DNA of 62,452 nt, counting the filler, from Chiloscyllium plagiosum (taxonomy: Eukaryota), in the NCBI RefSeq assembly GCF_004010195.1. It is 3 parts of one record of this genome, joined end to end, with 100 filler letters (N's around TTAATTAATTAA, not from the genome) between each part and the next. Parts side by side here need not be neighbours in the genome. Positions count along the whole stretch, not along the records: positions 1 to 28,177 come from NC_057713.1; 2 more parts are not named here. The stretch is one strand, 5' to 3'. The first letter of the stretch is position 1. Every line of letters starts with the position of its first letter. Positions 1 through 11,884 of this stretch are shown piece by piece. A model generated the notes under the pieces. That model saw only the letters and a list, made by a program, of their open reading frames with translations, was not told the origin of the DNA and did no database searches. Position numbers and translations under genes: made by a program.

Positions 1-480
1 CAGACCCCACTCCTCCAACCATAACAAGGACAGAACGCCCCTGGTGCTCACCTTCCACCCTACCAACCTTCGCATAAACCAAGTCATCCGCCGACATTTC
101 CGCCACCTCCAAATGGACCCCACCACCAGGGATATATTTCCCTCCCCACTCCTTTCCGACTTCCGCAAAGACTGTTCCCTCTATGACTACCTGGTCAGGT
201 CCATGCCCCCCTACAACACACCCTCCCATCCTGGCACCTTCCCCTGCCACTGCAGGAATTGCAAAACGTGCGCACACACCAGCTTCCTCACCTCCATCCA
301 AGGCCCTAAAGGAGCCTTCCACATCCATTAAAGCTTTACCTGCACATCCACCAATATCATTTATTGTATCCGTTGCTCCCAATTACTGTTCCTTGGATGC
401 TGCCTGAACTGCTGTGCTTTTCCAGCACCACTCTAATCTAGACTCTGGTTTCCAGCATCTGCAGTCATTGTTTTTACCTA
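1..480 (+). mobile_element. Penelope-like retroelement 3' fragment (Cys-rich linker, start of GIY-YIG endonuclease, terminal repeat), internally deleted
   Basis: ORF 44-331 reads PLVLTFHP...FRKDCSLYDYLVRS...GTFPCHCRNCKTC and continues past a stop as FTCTSTNIIYCIRCS. It then jumps at ~385 to the terminal repeat GGATGCTGCCTGAACTGCTGTGC...GCAGTCATTGTTTTTACC shared with 8661-8742 and 16046-16128. Confidence 0.85.
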
Positions 481-486
481 GTTGAT

Positions 487-577
487 CCACACAGACAGTT
501 GCCTGAGGCAGGAATTGAACCCGGGTCTCTGGCTCTGTGAGGCAGCAGTGCTAACCACTGTGCCACCGTGCCGCCCA
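487..577 (-). mobile_element. tRNA-derived SINE head (HE1-like)
   Basis: Minus strand reads GGGCGGCACGGTGGCACAGTGGTTAGCACTGCTGCCTCACAG...GGGTTCAATTCC, with pol III A and B boxes. A homologous longer copy lies at ~33250-33585. Confidence 0.85.
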
Positions 578-584
578 TAATTGG

Positions 585-1148
585 ATTTATTTTTGTCAGA
601 TGCACTGAGATAGTGAAAATTGCTTTACATGCTATCCAAGCAAATCATACCTTTGCAGAAGTATGTCAAAGTAATGGAACAGATTGCAGAATATAGTGTT
701 ACAGCTATAGAGGAAGATCAACTTTAATATACCGGAAGTCACTTCACAAGTCTGAGGAAGAAGCTGTTCTTGAAACTGTTGGCATGTGTTTTCAAACTTT
801 GCATCTTCTGCCTGACAGAAGGTGGTGGGACAGAGTATAACTGGTCCTTGATTATGTGACTGTTTTCCCGAGGCAATGGGAAGTATTGACGGAGTCAATG
901 GATGGAAGGCTGGCTTGTGAGATGAACTGGGCTCTGCTCAAGTCTAATTTCTTGCAGTCTTGGGAACAGCAGTTGCCATACCAAACTTTGATGTATCTAC
1001 ACAGGATGCTTTCTATGATGCAAATATAAAAATGCTAAGAATCATTTGTGGACATGCCAAATTTATTTAGCCTTCTGAGGAAGTACAGGCATTGGTGTGT
1101 TTTCTTGACCGTAATATTGGTGTGGATGAGCCAGGACAGATTATTGTG
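585..1148 (-). mobile_element. Degenerate Rex1/Babar-type LINE 3' end
   Basis: Minus-strand remnants resemble Rex1 C-terminal motifs (WYGNC at ~970-985, and LPSID-, SGRR- and FKNSFFP-like stretches), followed by an AATAAA-bearing tail. Confidence 0.65.
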
Positions 1149-1633
1149 GAACCAGTATGGAATCATGGGAAGACCTAGAACTGTCTATTGACTGAACAGG
1201 CAGTCACAACATTAACCTGATTAGATAAATAGGTAATCAAGTAATAACATGATTGGTTTGTAACAGCTAAAAGTGGGCTAAAAGCACTGTACAAAAAGTG
1301 TCTGCTTTCTTTTGTTCAGTGAAGATGCTCTGTACTCCCAGAGATTTTCTTCCCACTAATGCAAAACAATAAAGCCCTTTGACAATGAAGCACATCTGGA
1401 TGTCAAGTGATTCATTTAGTCATACTGCCTTACCAATTTGGCACTTCGAGCAGTGTATGAGAAGTGTGGACCAATGGGTAAAGTGATCAGATTGCACGAG
1501 TACCATCGTAACGTGTAACACTGGCTTCTTCAGTGTCGCCTTACGGTGTCATGTCTGAACTTTAAAAAGGGTCTGCTGGGTGTCAAAGAGCAGTAGGTGC
1601 TGAAATAATAAGTGTTGCGACTCCAGTATGATC

Positions 1634-1970
1634 ATAGCCACTTTAATATAATGGCTAGGCGAGGAACCTCTTGGGTGGTTAAGTAAACTAGGAGACACTC
1701 TAAGACATGTCGAGTGTGGGGTGGGGCTCCTCAGAGTGCGGTCAACTGCACAGTCTGATGTAAATGAAACATTTGGATAGTGTACTCCAGGACACAGTCA
1801 CAGGCCACCTAGAGACATACCTTGATGCAAGGTAGGGTCCTCTTGGATGGCTAAGTTAACTGGCAAGACAATTCAAGTCACGGCTTGAGGAAAGGGCGAG
1901 GGTCCCCAGAGTTGTCATCTGCGCATTAGGACTTATCTGAAATGAGTTAACTAGTGTGACCTGACAAATT
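1634..1970. repeat. Diverged ~172-bp tandem duplication with internal hairpins
   Basis: CCTCTTGGGTGGTTAAGTAAACT at 1667 matches CCTCTTGGATGGCTAAGTTAACT at 1839. GGGCTCCTCAGAGT..GTCAACTGCACA matches GGGTCCCCAGAGT.GTCATCTGCGCA. Identity is roughly 65% by eye. Confidence 0.7.
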
Positions 1971-2117
1971 ATTCCTCATAGGAGTGCTTACAATTTCCTG
2001 CAACTATACATTCAGTCCTCAAGTGATTGATATAGATTATATGACGTCCCAGCATTGATCAGTGTGCCATGCCTTGGCTTACATCTTGCCAAACCAAAGA
2101 GTGACCCATTTATCTGC

Positions 2118-2235
2118 AACAAAATAGATAGCTGGAAAAGCTCAGCAGGTCTGGCAGCACCTGTGGACAAAACTTAGAGTCAACAGTCAAATGAGCCTTC
2201 CTCAGAACATTTCTCTCCATAGTTTCCTGCTAGCT
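2118..2235 (-). mobile_element. Penelope-type terminal-repeat remnant (GCTGGAAAAGCTCAGCAGGTCTGGCAGCA family)
   Basis: The same motif recurs at ~15735, 30280, 48995, 52675 and 57415, and inverted at ~40140. Confidence 0.65.
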
Positions 2236-3116
2236 CACTTTTCACCTTGAACACATCAGGACAAATGCAAGTATGCCAACAGGCAAATGATCACAACAAT
2301 TTACTTTAGAAAAGATTGACTATTGGTTAGTAAACTGTTCAAGGTGTGGACATTATAAAGCAACAGGGAACTAAAGGTTCTCCTTGCTCCTGAGTAACAC
2401 CAACCCTATGCAAGACTTGAACACATTCTTTTTGTTTGCAGAGAACTGTTACTACTTCTTGCAAGATCAAGCCTGTCTTGATCAGAACATTGTTAGCTGA
2501 ACAACGTGTAAAGTTGCAAATGGGCAAAAGGCTACCACATTCACTGGAAAAGTGCCTGGTCGACTTCCAAATACTCTTGAAAGGCAAAGTATCTCAGAAA
2601 TTTCCACAAGTAGTTAAGGAAGCTGTTTCACACTGCAACTAAGCAGTGGTGATGTGAATGCTACTTTCCACTAATCAAATGCTGCAGTCAGTCCAAAAAC
2701 ACAATTGAAAAGGTCTCGTCTGAACTTCAGTACCAGTGCTTTGCCAATTAAACAGGATGTTATGTCCCAACGATTGTCTCACCAAATCAAACTTGTTCCT
2801 TTGGCTGGCTCAACCAGCAAAACCCAAGTTAATTGTCTACTGTTAGATGAGATTCTAAAAATAGGCAACAGACACTGAACAATCTGGATTGTAGTTATAG
2901 CCACAATGACAATTAATTTAAGGTAATCAAATCAAATTCAAGCATGGCGCATTTAAGCTTGCTGGAAGTGATATTTATACGCATGAATGCATTCTCTGCA
3001 AAGGAGAGTGTAAGTTTTGCACCTTTTTCTGAATTACCTGGAAGCCTAAGAAAGCTGGACTTCTCTAATGGCAACACATCAGCCAGAGTTGACATGCCAA
3101 CAAGTCAAGTGCTCCT

Positions 3117-3156
3117 TTTCCTCCTGTAGTATAAATTGTTATACTACAGGAGGAAA
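3117..3156. repeat. Perfect 18-bp inverted repeat with 4-nt loop
   Basis: TTTCCTCCTGTAGTATAA-ATTG-TTATACTACAGGAGGAAA. Confidence 0.95.
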
Positions 3157-4037
3157 CTTGGTGTTCTTGCATTTGTTAGAATGAATACAAGATGAAAAGT
3201 TTCAGCAACAAGTTTTTTTTTTAAACAGTAATATTGCACATGGCTTTTTTTTTCCATGAAGTATAAATTTTATTTTCATAGAGTGAGCCAAAGATGTTAA
3301 CTGATAATTTCTAACTTGTTAAAAAGTTCTGAATTTGACAGATTGAGGAATGCAAATTTTAAACCGGTCGAGTTCCAGACATTTGGCATAGCAATTTAAA
3401 AACTTAAATCCCAGATACAAAAAAATCCTTTCTACTAATAATGTATTAACAACTGAGAATTGAAACATAAAAATAGGATTATTTAAATTAAAAAGTGACA
3501 ATGGAATGAAAATTGGTTTAAGTAGATAAGGTGAATAGAAAGATGGGAAACTGGATCCTCAGCTTCCTGACCCACAGGCCATAATGTGAAGATTGGGGAC
3601 AATATTTCATTCTCAGTAACACACTACACTGCAGCCTCCTATGACTGTCACCAAATACTAGACTAATGCCATTTACAAATTCGTTGTGAGTGCTAAAGTC
3701 GGGTCTTGGCATGAAAAGATACAAGATGGAATATTTCCCTAGATAAATCCAGTGCAGTATTTACTAAGACTCCAAAAATGCGCTTCTACAGCAGGTTGTT
3801 CTATGGCGCAGTAAGAATGATCTGTGACAACTTAATCATCTCCACTGAGATCGAAGTGACTGCAAACTTTAAAAAAATTACAACTTACCTATTCTTCTGA
3901 AAAAAGTGTCTGATAATATTAACTACTATTCATAAACATGAGCACAAACAGGACAACATTGGTGGTGAGATAACAGCATAATGACATCAAAAGCTGGCTG
4001 TTTGGGAGACTTGTGAACAGAAGTAGCAAGCTAAACA

Positions 4038-4258
4038 GATTAGCTCAGTTGGTTTGACGGCTGGTTTGTGAGGCAATGTTCAATTCCCACACCTTTTGAG
4101 GTTATTATGAAGAATTCTGCTTCTTAATCTCTCTTCTTGCTAAAGGCTTGGTGAACCTCAGGTTAAATAGTTACCAGTCATTTCTCCCTCTCTCTCTCTC
4201 TCTCTCTCTGATGAGTGCAGCCCTAACATCCTCGAAGATTGTGGTGACTTTACATTTA
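4038..4258 (+). mobile_element. tRNA-derived SINE (second family) with internal (CT)n
   Basis: TTAGCTCAGTTGG A box and GTTCAATTCC B box. The body TGAGGTTA..ATGAAG...CTCAGGTTAAA...ACCAGTCAT is shared with ~41380-41550. Confidence 0.6.
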
Positions 4259-4937
4259 TCCTTGATTGAAACATACAAAATTCTAACTGGACTGCATATA
4301 CTAGATGCAAGGAGGATATCTTCCCTGGTTTCTTCACTTAGAGGGTATTTTATCTACAGAATTCTCTGCCACAGAAGACCGTGGGGGATAAGTCACTAAA
4401 TATATTCAAGAGATAGATACATTTTTAGATACTAAAGCCATCATAGGGTATGGGGAGAAAGTGCAACATGGCATTATGATAGAGAATCAGCCACAATCAT
4501 ATTATATGGTGGGGTAGGCTTGAAGGGCTGAGTGACCTACTCCTGCTCCTAGTTTGTGCCCACATTTCTACGTGAAAGGGCAAAAGCAAGTTTGGTCATG
4601 TTTTAGTGGTTTATATTAGTTCAGTGAATATTTCATAGCATTGAAAATTAATAAATCCAACACTTTAAAAAAATCTTGATCTGCAAAGAGGCACTTACTT
4701 GCGAAGTTTGGCTGAGTGCTAATAGGTTTGAATCATTGTGCTGAATATAAGCATAGTGCATTGATATGACAAATTTCTGAGATTGCAAGCTTCCAAATGC
4801 TCACTTCATTCACAATTCATTAACAGCAGGTTTTTGTTGTTTTGCTCAGTTCAATATTTGGATTTTTTCACTTTATTTGGAAAAGTTCATACGATTGCTT
4901 TAACCAAATGGAAATTAACGTGAAACTTCATACTTAC

Positions 4938-5030
4938 GATTACATCAATACCTTCATTCTCCAGTGGAGTCTTGTCATACGTGGCGTCACATACTCTCAC
5001 AAGAGTGGTCACACCATATTTTTGCAGTTC
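4938..5030 (-). CDS. PTP4A: PRL phosphatase (PTP4A family) second coding exon, [31 protein letters not shown]
   Basis: 93-nt phase-0 exon bounded by ctcctttag| and |gtaagta. The translation matches PRL residues 36-66, including the regulatory Cys49 (VRVC). Confidence 0.96.
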
Positions 5031-7189
5031 CTAAAGGAGTGAACAGCACATGAAACATTTCAGACAATACAGAAAAAAAGACAGATGACTGAAAGAATCA
5101 GAGGTACTTTTGTTTTTATTCTGCTTGAAAGTTGGGTCTTTCCCAATTAAAAAACAACTCCAAATTTAATACAAATTCAGATCTTTTGGATCTTCTAATT
5201 AAAAAAAAATTCAAATGTAGCTGGAGTTGGCCCTTATTTCAGAAACAGGAACAAGTAAAACTTGACTGTAGGTTTATTCATTTTGGCCATATTCAAAATT
5301 TCTCACTGGTTGGATGATAGGTTGAAAAGCAAATACTTATTTTTAATAGGAAAGAGTTAGTTAATTTTCATTAAGAGTCTGCCTGATATTCTTCTAAAAA
5401 TGCTTTCACAAAATTTATTGTCCATTCCTAATTACCCTGAAGATGGTGTTGAGTAACTTTCTTGAACTGCTGCAGTCTAAATCAGTCTAGATATGTCCTG
5501 CTGTCAGGAAGATGCCCAAGGATTAACCCAGTGACTGTGAAAACATGTCAATAAAAGGCCCAAGATAGGGTGGAGAGCAATGTGGAAGGGATACATGGCA
5601 TTCCCATGTGTCTGCTGCCCTGCTGATTCTAGGTGGTGGAGGTCACAGGTTCTGTCAAAGTAATCTGTGAATTGCAGGGCTGGCCTAGAAAACTTCCAAA
5701 CTACTGGCGTTTTGGGATTTAAGTACTGGACTGGAGAGATATTTGCTGTCTATGTCTACCTCTTATCTGTGACTTATCTCCGCACTAAACCCAGTCCAGT
5801 GGCTGCTGAATTCCCCCTTCCAAACTGATGATGTCTCCAGGCTTGACTATTCCAATGCTGCCCTGGTTAGCTGGCAATCTGCCACCCACCAATAACTTGA
5901 ACTCAATTAAAACTTTACTGTTCACATTCTAATTTGCACCATCAACTGTCTGGGTTCTGACCAAAACATTTAAATCTTAAAATTCTCACCCTCAGCTTTG
6001 ATTCTTTCAATGGACCTTTCTCCTCACATCTATAATCTAATCTAGTAATACAACCTTCCTTGAGCCATGCCTTCTCCAATTCTAGTCTTTTACACCTCAG
6101 AATGCCTTCATTCCACTATTAACATTGTGCTTTCAGCTAACTCTGAAATTTTCTTCTTAAACATCTTTGCTTCTTACCCTTCCTGAAGGCACTCAAGATT
6201 TATTTTCTTAGTCTCCCGTCATTTCATCAAGTTCCTTCTTTTATTTTGTTCGAAAGATATCTGTGAAGTGCTTTGGAATGACATGAAGCAAGTAATTGTC
6301 GTCAAGGTATAGCCTCATTGATCAATATGAATCAGGCTCAAATACCTGTTAAGCCTACTGACTTCAACAATTTAAACCTGGAGATTTTAATAGCCAACAG
6401 CAGCAAATGTTAACATTGATACCATAGCACAGAAAATGGTCATTTAGTCCTTCACATCAATTTCAATTCATTGAAAAAGCGATCCTACGTTTCATCCTTG
6501 CTCCCACAACCATAAAATATTTTCCTTTTCTCTAGTTTTTATTTTATTTTATTTATTTTATTTCTGAAAATTACTTATAAATTTGTTTCTATGTTTCCAT
6601 AGGTAATACAGTTCCAATCATCAACCTTATTGGCAATGGAAACTAAATCTTCTCATTTATTTCAATTTTTTCATGACTTCAGTAAATTTCCCTTCAGCCT
6701 TGTCTGTTCCAAGTCCAAATGTTTCCCAGCATCTCTAAGCTCCCTGCGTGACTGATGCTTTTAATCTCTGGTAAAATCCTAGTGTATCTCCTTGGTGCAG
6801 TCTCTAAAACCTTGACGTCCTTCCTATAGAGTAATATCTAGAATTGATAGGCAATATTTCAGCCGAGGCTTCACCAGTAATTTATAAAGGTTCAGCACAA
6901 TAATCTTAATTTTGTATAGCATACCTCTTTATAAAAAGATACATATTAGAACCAGCTATCTGCTGCAATGTGCATGCAGGTCTGCCCTGTAATTGACCCT
7001 AAAACACTAAGTTTGCAGTTTGTCACTGACATTAGTTAAATGAATGTTGTTAAGCGACACATGATCAGAAGGCCCTGCTCTCAGGTTCCTGCAACACTAC
7101 AAAAGACAGACACTGAGCAGTGATAAGGGAAAGAAAACCTAGTTGGTGCAACAGAAATACTCCTCGAAAATAATTATTCCCCCAAATTT

Positions 7190-8094
7190 ATTACTTTTAT
7201 TCGTGTAAAAGTTGATCTTGCATAAAAGTCGACCCCTTACTTTTGGCCAAAACTATTTGTATCTTCCATATATCCCATGTAAACACTGACTCTACTATAT
7301 CACATTATAAACCTCTTACAACCATTAACTCACTTCAATGAAATCGCATTCACTCATTCATACCAGCAACTCTGCTCATCGCTATTTACTATATTACATC
7401 TCTACTCATTCATAACTGTATTTAGCCCACTTGGTTTACCACAGCACGTTCTGATTCATTCATTCAGACTGGTACTAATTCTATCAGTACTTATCGTACT
7501 TTGCTCACTATACATCCAAAAGTTAACATCGTTAAAAAGCTAATCATTTTAATTGAGCCATTAGATCTGAATTTAAAAAAAGAGAGATATATTAGCTACA
7601 CATCTTCAATTTTTTGACAAATTGGTTAATGTTGCTGATGTTCATTACACAAGTGTGTAAATGGGAGGGAAACTGAAGAATTTGGCAGGAAAGTTCGTTC
7701 AAGAAGTTTACACATGCAAAATTTAATAAATGTTTCATTTTAAAAGGGTGCCATTATACCAGGCCATGACTATTTTGAACAGTGTGATTTTGCAGGATTT
7801 CAATGAATCTTTGACATTAAAATTTTCATACAGACTGTATAAATAAAATTTACTACCAGTAATTCATTGTTTCTCTTGCTTTCATCCGGTAATTACTTTT
7901 TTGTAATTCATTGTGTTTTTCTTCTTTACCTGGGATTAGTTGAGCAATCAAATCGACTTCTGCTAATAATATAGTATTTCGAACTGCAGCATGAATTTCA
8001 ACCCCTCAAAACTAGTACCCCCTGCAAGGCGACCTTATAAATTGAGCCTTTAAAAAGTCTAAAAGATTCGACTTTTACACGAGTGTATACAGTA
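7190..8094. mobile_element. Non-autonomous pogo/Tigger-like DNA transposon
   Basis: Right end TCGACTTTTACACGAGTGTATACAGTA is the inverse of the degenerate left end TTATTCGTGTAAAAGTTGA. Both subterminal regions are homologous to 24352-25482. Confidence 0.65.
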
Positions 8095-8572
8095 TTTGGA
8101 ACCCTTTAGCAATGATTCTGCTACTTTTCTGGTAAACTATGGTAAACCAAGAGGCTTCACAGAATCTTACAATCATTAAAAAAAGTGTAGAAGGAAATCA
8201 TTGCCTGCACAAGCTGTATGATCTCGTGTCAATTTCCTGCTTCTCCCCCAGCCCCATATCTCTGCACACCATCAATATCCAAAAAATCCACTGATCTCTT
8301 GAATGGCTCAATCCAATCTGCCTTTACAATTTGTTGGGGTATACCAATTGCTATGTGAAAGAATTTTTTTTTCTAGTATCACTCTTGCTTTGTTTGCACA
8401 TCACTTTAAATCTCTCTCATTATTGCTTCTTTTACAAATGCAAACTGCTTCATCCAATCTCTGTTCAGTTCACTCATGATTTTGAAAAACTCAACTGGAT
8501 CTCCTCTCATTCTGGATCAATGGTGCTGGAAGAGCACAGCAATTCAGGCAGCATCCGACGAGCAGCAAAATC

Positions 8573-8600
8573 GACGTTTCGGGCAAAAGCCCTTCATCAG
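8573..8600 (-). ncRNA. Mirror-image minimal hammerhead motif (sense to the PTP4A pre-mRNA)
   Basis: Exact reverse complement of 8617-8644. Confidence 0.8.
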
Positions 8601-8616
8601 GAATAAAGCTTTATTC

Positions 8617-8644
8617 CTGATGAAGGGCTTTTGCCCGAAACGTC
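8617..8644 (+). ncRNA. Minimal type-I hammerhead ribozyme motif
   Basis: CUGAUGA-A-GGGC-UUUU-GCCC-GAAAC-GUC: conserved core, 4-bp stem II and the collapsed palindromic stem III typical of Penelope-associated hammerheads. Confidence 0.8.
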
Positions 8645-10002
8645 GATTTTGCTGCTCGTCGGATGCTGCCTGAATTGCTGTGCTCTTCCAGCACCACTGA
8701 TCCAGAATCTGGTTTCCAGCATCTGCAGTCATTGTTTTTACCTCTTTGGATCTCCTCTCAGCCTTCTTTTCTCCCAGGAGAGCAGTCCCAACTTTATGAA
8801 TCTATCCTCATAACTAAAATGCTTCCTCGTGTGAGAAACTTTAGTTAATTGTTTCTGTACTCTTTTCAATGCATTCTCATCTTTCTTAAAGTGCGGAACC
8901 CATAACTGAACGGAATACAGTTGAAGTCTAACAAGTGTCTTGTATAACAACACCTCCTTGTACTCTTATGTTCCTATTTATAAAGCGGAGAACACTGCAT
9001 GCTTTATTTACAGTCCTCTCCACCTATTCTGCCACCTTCAATGATCTGTGCACCCAGATTCTTCTGCAACTGCACTCCCTTCATAACCGTACCCTTACTT
9101 TATGTTGTCTTTCATTGTTCTTCCAACCAAGGTGCATTACCTCACACTTCTCTGCATTGGACCTTATCTGCTCACTCCACAAACTTGTCAATGTCCTTTT
9201 GGACAATGTTATTTCCCTCCTCGTTTTTCCTCTAAGATCTCTGTGCGGCATTTACCTAATGTTCAAGTTTAATTTTCCTTCTGTATTTCAATATTTAAGA
9301 AAAAGTGTACAATTTTTTATTCTGTAATGCTTGTGAAAACTAAACCATTACTTCCTTCAGATAACAATGGGCTCCTTAAGTTAGGGAAATTTAGACAGCA
9401 TTTGAAGGATGTTTGTTAAACCTAGAGGTTTGTGGGTATATGGAATACATTTCCATCAAATAAGCTGAGTTGAAGGACAAAATCTTAACATTCAACCTGA
9501 TATTCATGAACAAAATGAATTTCTAATGCAATCTGCAACAGCTGTCCAACTTAGGAAGTTGGATCATTCAAATGAGCAAAACTTGACTGATGAGAATAAA
9601 CAGCTCAGTTGTCATCATCTTTAAGAGATGTGAACCCTCTAAATACTGAAGAACGATGTAGATGAACGCTTCATATGCCATACCTTATAAGTTTACAGGA
9701 TAAGTGCTGAAAATTGGGATTAGAATTGATTGATTTTGGAAGAATGATATGGGCACGATGAATTGAAGGGCCTCCTTTTATGCTGTAACAACTCAGACTG
9801 ATATCTTTTTAAATTAGCCTTCAATTCTCAATTTTTGGGACTGACATTGGAGAAAACAGCCAACAATGCACCAACTATCACAATTACCATAAAACTGAGC
9901 ATTGCACTAGCTCTAAGCTGCACCATCCCATTTAGCTTGGCAATCTATATTACTCAAATTTGAAGCCACTTCACAGTATTCTTACTGACTATAGCTATAC
10001 AG

Positions 10003-10580
10003 AGTCAGAGTCACTTAGCATGGAAACAAACTCTTTGGTTCAACTAGTCCACTCTGATCAAATTAAACTAGTCCCACTTGCCTGTATTTAGCCCATGTCT
10101 CTCCAAACCTTTCCTATTCATGTAGTTACCAAAATGTCTTTTAAATGTTGTAACTGTACCTGCATCCACTACTTCCTCTGGCAGCACATCCCAGAGACGA
10201 ACCACCCTCATGAAAATGTTGCCCCTTATGTCCTTTGTAAAACTTTCTCCTCTCACCTTAAAACTATGTTCTGTAGTTTTGAACTCCTCACCTTAGAGAA
10301 AAGACACTTGCTACTCACCTTATTTCTGCCCCTCATGATTTTATAAATCTCTAGAAGGTCACCCCTCAACCTCCTACGCTCCAGTGAGAAAAGTCCCAAC
10401 CTAGCCAGTCTAATTTTATAACTCAAATTCCTGGCAACATCCTGTTAATTCTTTTCTCAAAACCTCTACAATTTCATGATAAATCTTCCTATAGCAGAAC
10501 GATCAGAATTTCACACAGTACTCAAGAGGCCTCATCAACGTCAATTCGTGCCCTAACGCCTTTACTCAAAGGTCTGAGCA
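10003..10580 (-). mobile_element. CR1 (HER1-like) 3' end
   Basis: ORF 10068-10256 RVVRLWDVLPEEVVDAGTVTTFKRH...GKWD. Homologous to the copies at 18833, 54832 and 61961. Confidence 0.9.
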
Positions 10581-11884
10581 CATGTATGATTAGTGTCAAA
10601 GTATAGCAAACTTCCAAAATTGTAAATGCGAAAAATATTTTCAACTGTTAATGGTTCATGTTGCAGTATAGAGTATTTTTCAATCCGAGATGAATCTGCA
10701 TTATTGCTTAAGTGGCAAATTGAATTGAAGCAGATCCAAGATTAAACCTCCAAGGAGTCTCAAGTTGGATGATGCTTGAGTCTTGGCTTTAGTCTTCAGT
10801 CAATATCCAAAAAAGTTAGAATTACTGTGTGAACATCTTTGGGATCCATAACTAAAACCCAATTGTCTTATAATAAATTTGGTAGGTTACATTAGGCTTC
10901 TGAGGGTTAGTTTGGAGAGCTCATGAAACTCTGAACTACAGGCTGTCTATCTGCAAAAGAGGGAACGATCACCTGTTCATAAAATGTTACATTTGTAGAC
11001 GTAACAAAACTACTTTCATTTGGAAAAATGCCTCCACTACTGTAACCTGCCTCAGTTCTTTATCTTTAAAAAGAGATTTTCTTCGGACTTAATCAGGCAT
11101 TTTCTCCATTTACTCTAAGAAAACAATAAAGGTTTTGAAAATCAAAAATTGAGAAATTTTCAATTACACAAAAATAATCTTATTGCCATTTTCCTATGAT
11201 GACAAATGAGAAACAACTCTTGTGCCTCTCTCTCATTGGTTTAGTGTCAGACTTGCTCAAAATTCTGCTTTCTTCAATGGAGATGGCTTCAATTTAAAAT
11301 GAGCATATCATCTACAGTTCAAAGTTCCTGGTAAGTGTATTCTGATGTAATCAGATTGGAATTGCAGTACAGGAACTGGTTAAAGAATACTAAGGAATAG
11401 AATTATTTATTACATTAGCACAGCCTTCTGCATCACAGAAATGGTTTCAAATTGGACCAGATAATGTGTCAATAGTAACACCTGATGAAATCAATTTGTG
11501 GGCAGATCAGGATATCATGCCTGATGACTTTTGAGTGGATCATTTAAGAAGAAAGCATCTGGAATCTGAAGGTAGCCCTTTTCCATCTTCCAAGAAAAGT
11601 TTAAAATTTCACTTTAGGTTACTGGACATTCATTATTTCGCTGCTCCTTGGATGCTGCCTGAACTGCTGTGTTCTTCCAGCACCACTAATCCAGAATTCA
11701 TTATTTTATTCTACGGGAACCGTTTATCCCCACCTCAATTGTGATAATTTTTACACATGACGTATTTATACAGAATCAAATTAAAGACCAAACCCCAAAA
11801 GTTATTTCTCCTTCAGATGTGAAGGAGACTAAGCTATTACACACCCAATGGCTTCTACTTGCATATTTCTGTGTGTATACTCAG

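Larger units (their letters stand above)
8510..8746. mobile_element. Fold-back mini Penelope-derived element with 14-bp TSD
   Basis: 200-bp loop-less palindrome at 8509-8708 (centre AAAG|CTTT, one mismatch) plus an unpaired tail. TSD TGGATCTCCTCTCA at 8496-8509 and 8747-8760. Confidence 0.92.
8155..9200 (-). mobile_element. Old CR1 LINE 3' region, interrupted by the 8510-8746 insertion
   Basis: ORF 8738-8953 LYKTLVRLQL..VQLWVPHFKKD..LKRVQK...EKRRLRGD is the CR1 ORF2 C-terminus. Confidence 0.85.

Noticed and set aside
1658..1860. Short resemblance of TTGG(G/A)TGG(T/C)TAAG to pestivirus IRES or HDV-like ribozyme motifs, and CTGATGTAAATGAAAC to a hammerhead
   Set aside because: The matches are too short and the required pairings or core bases could not be completed.
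2339..3129. Several short ORFs in unique-looking DNA
   Set aside because: No recognisable motifs or splice context. Consistent with intronic background.
4699..4740. Possible 42-nt minus-strand mini-exon ending in gtaagt
   Set aside because: The peptide does not match the expected next PRL exon (DWPFDDG...), which appears to lie beyond the window start.
8476..8813. Identical peptides on both strands (ORFs 8476+ and 8544-)
   Set aside because: A consequence of the DNA palindrome, not genes.
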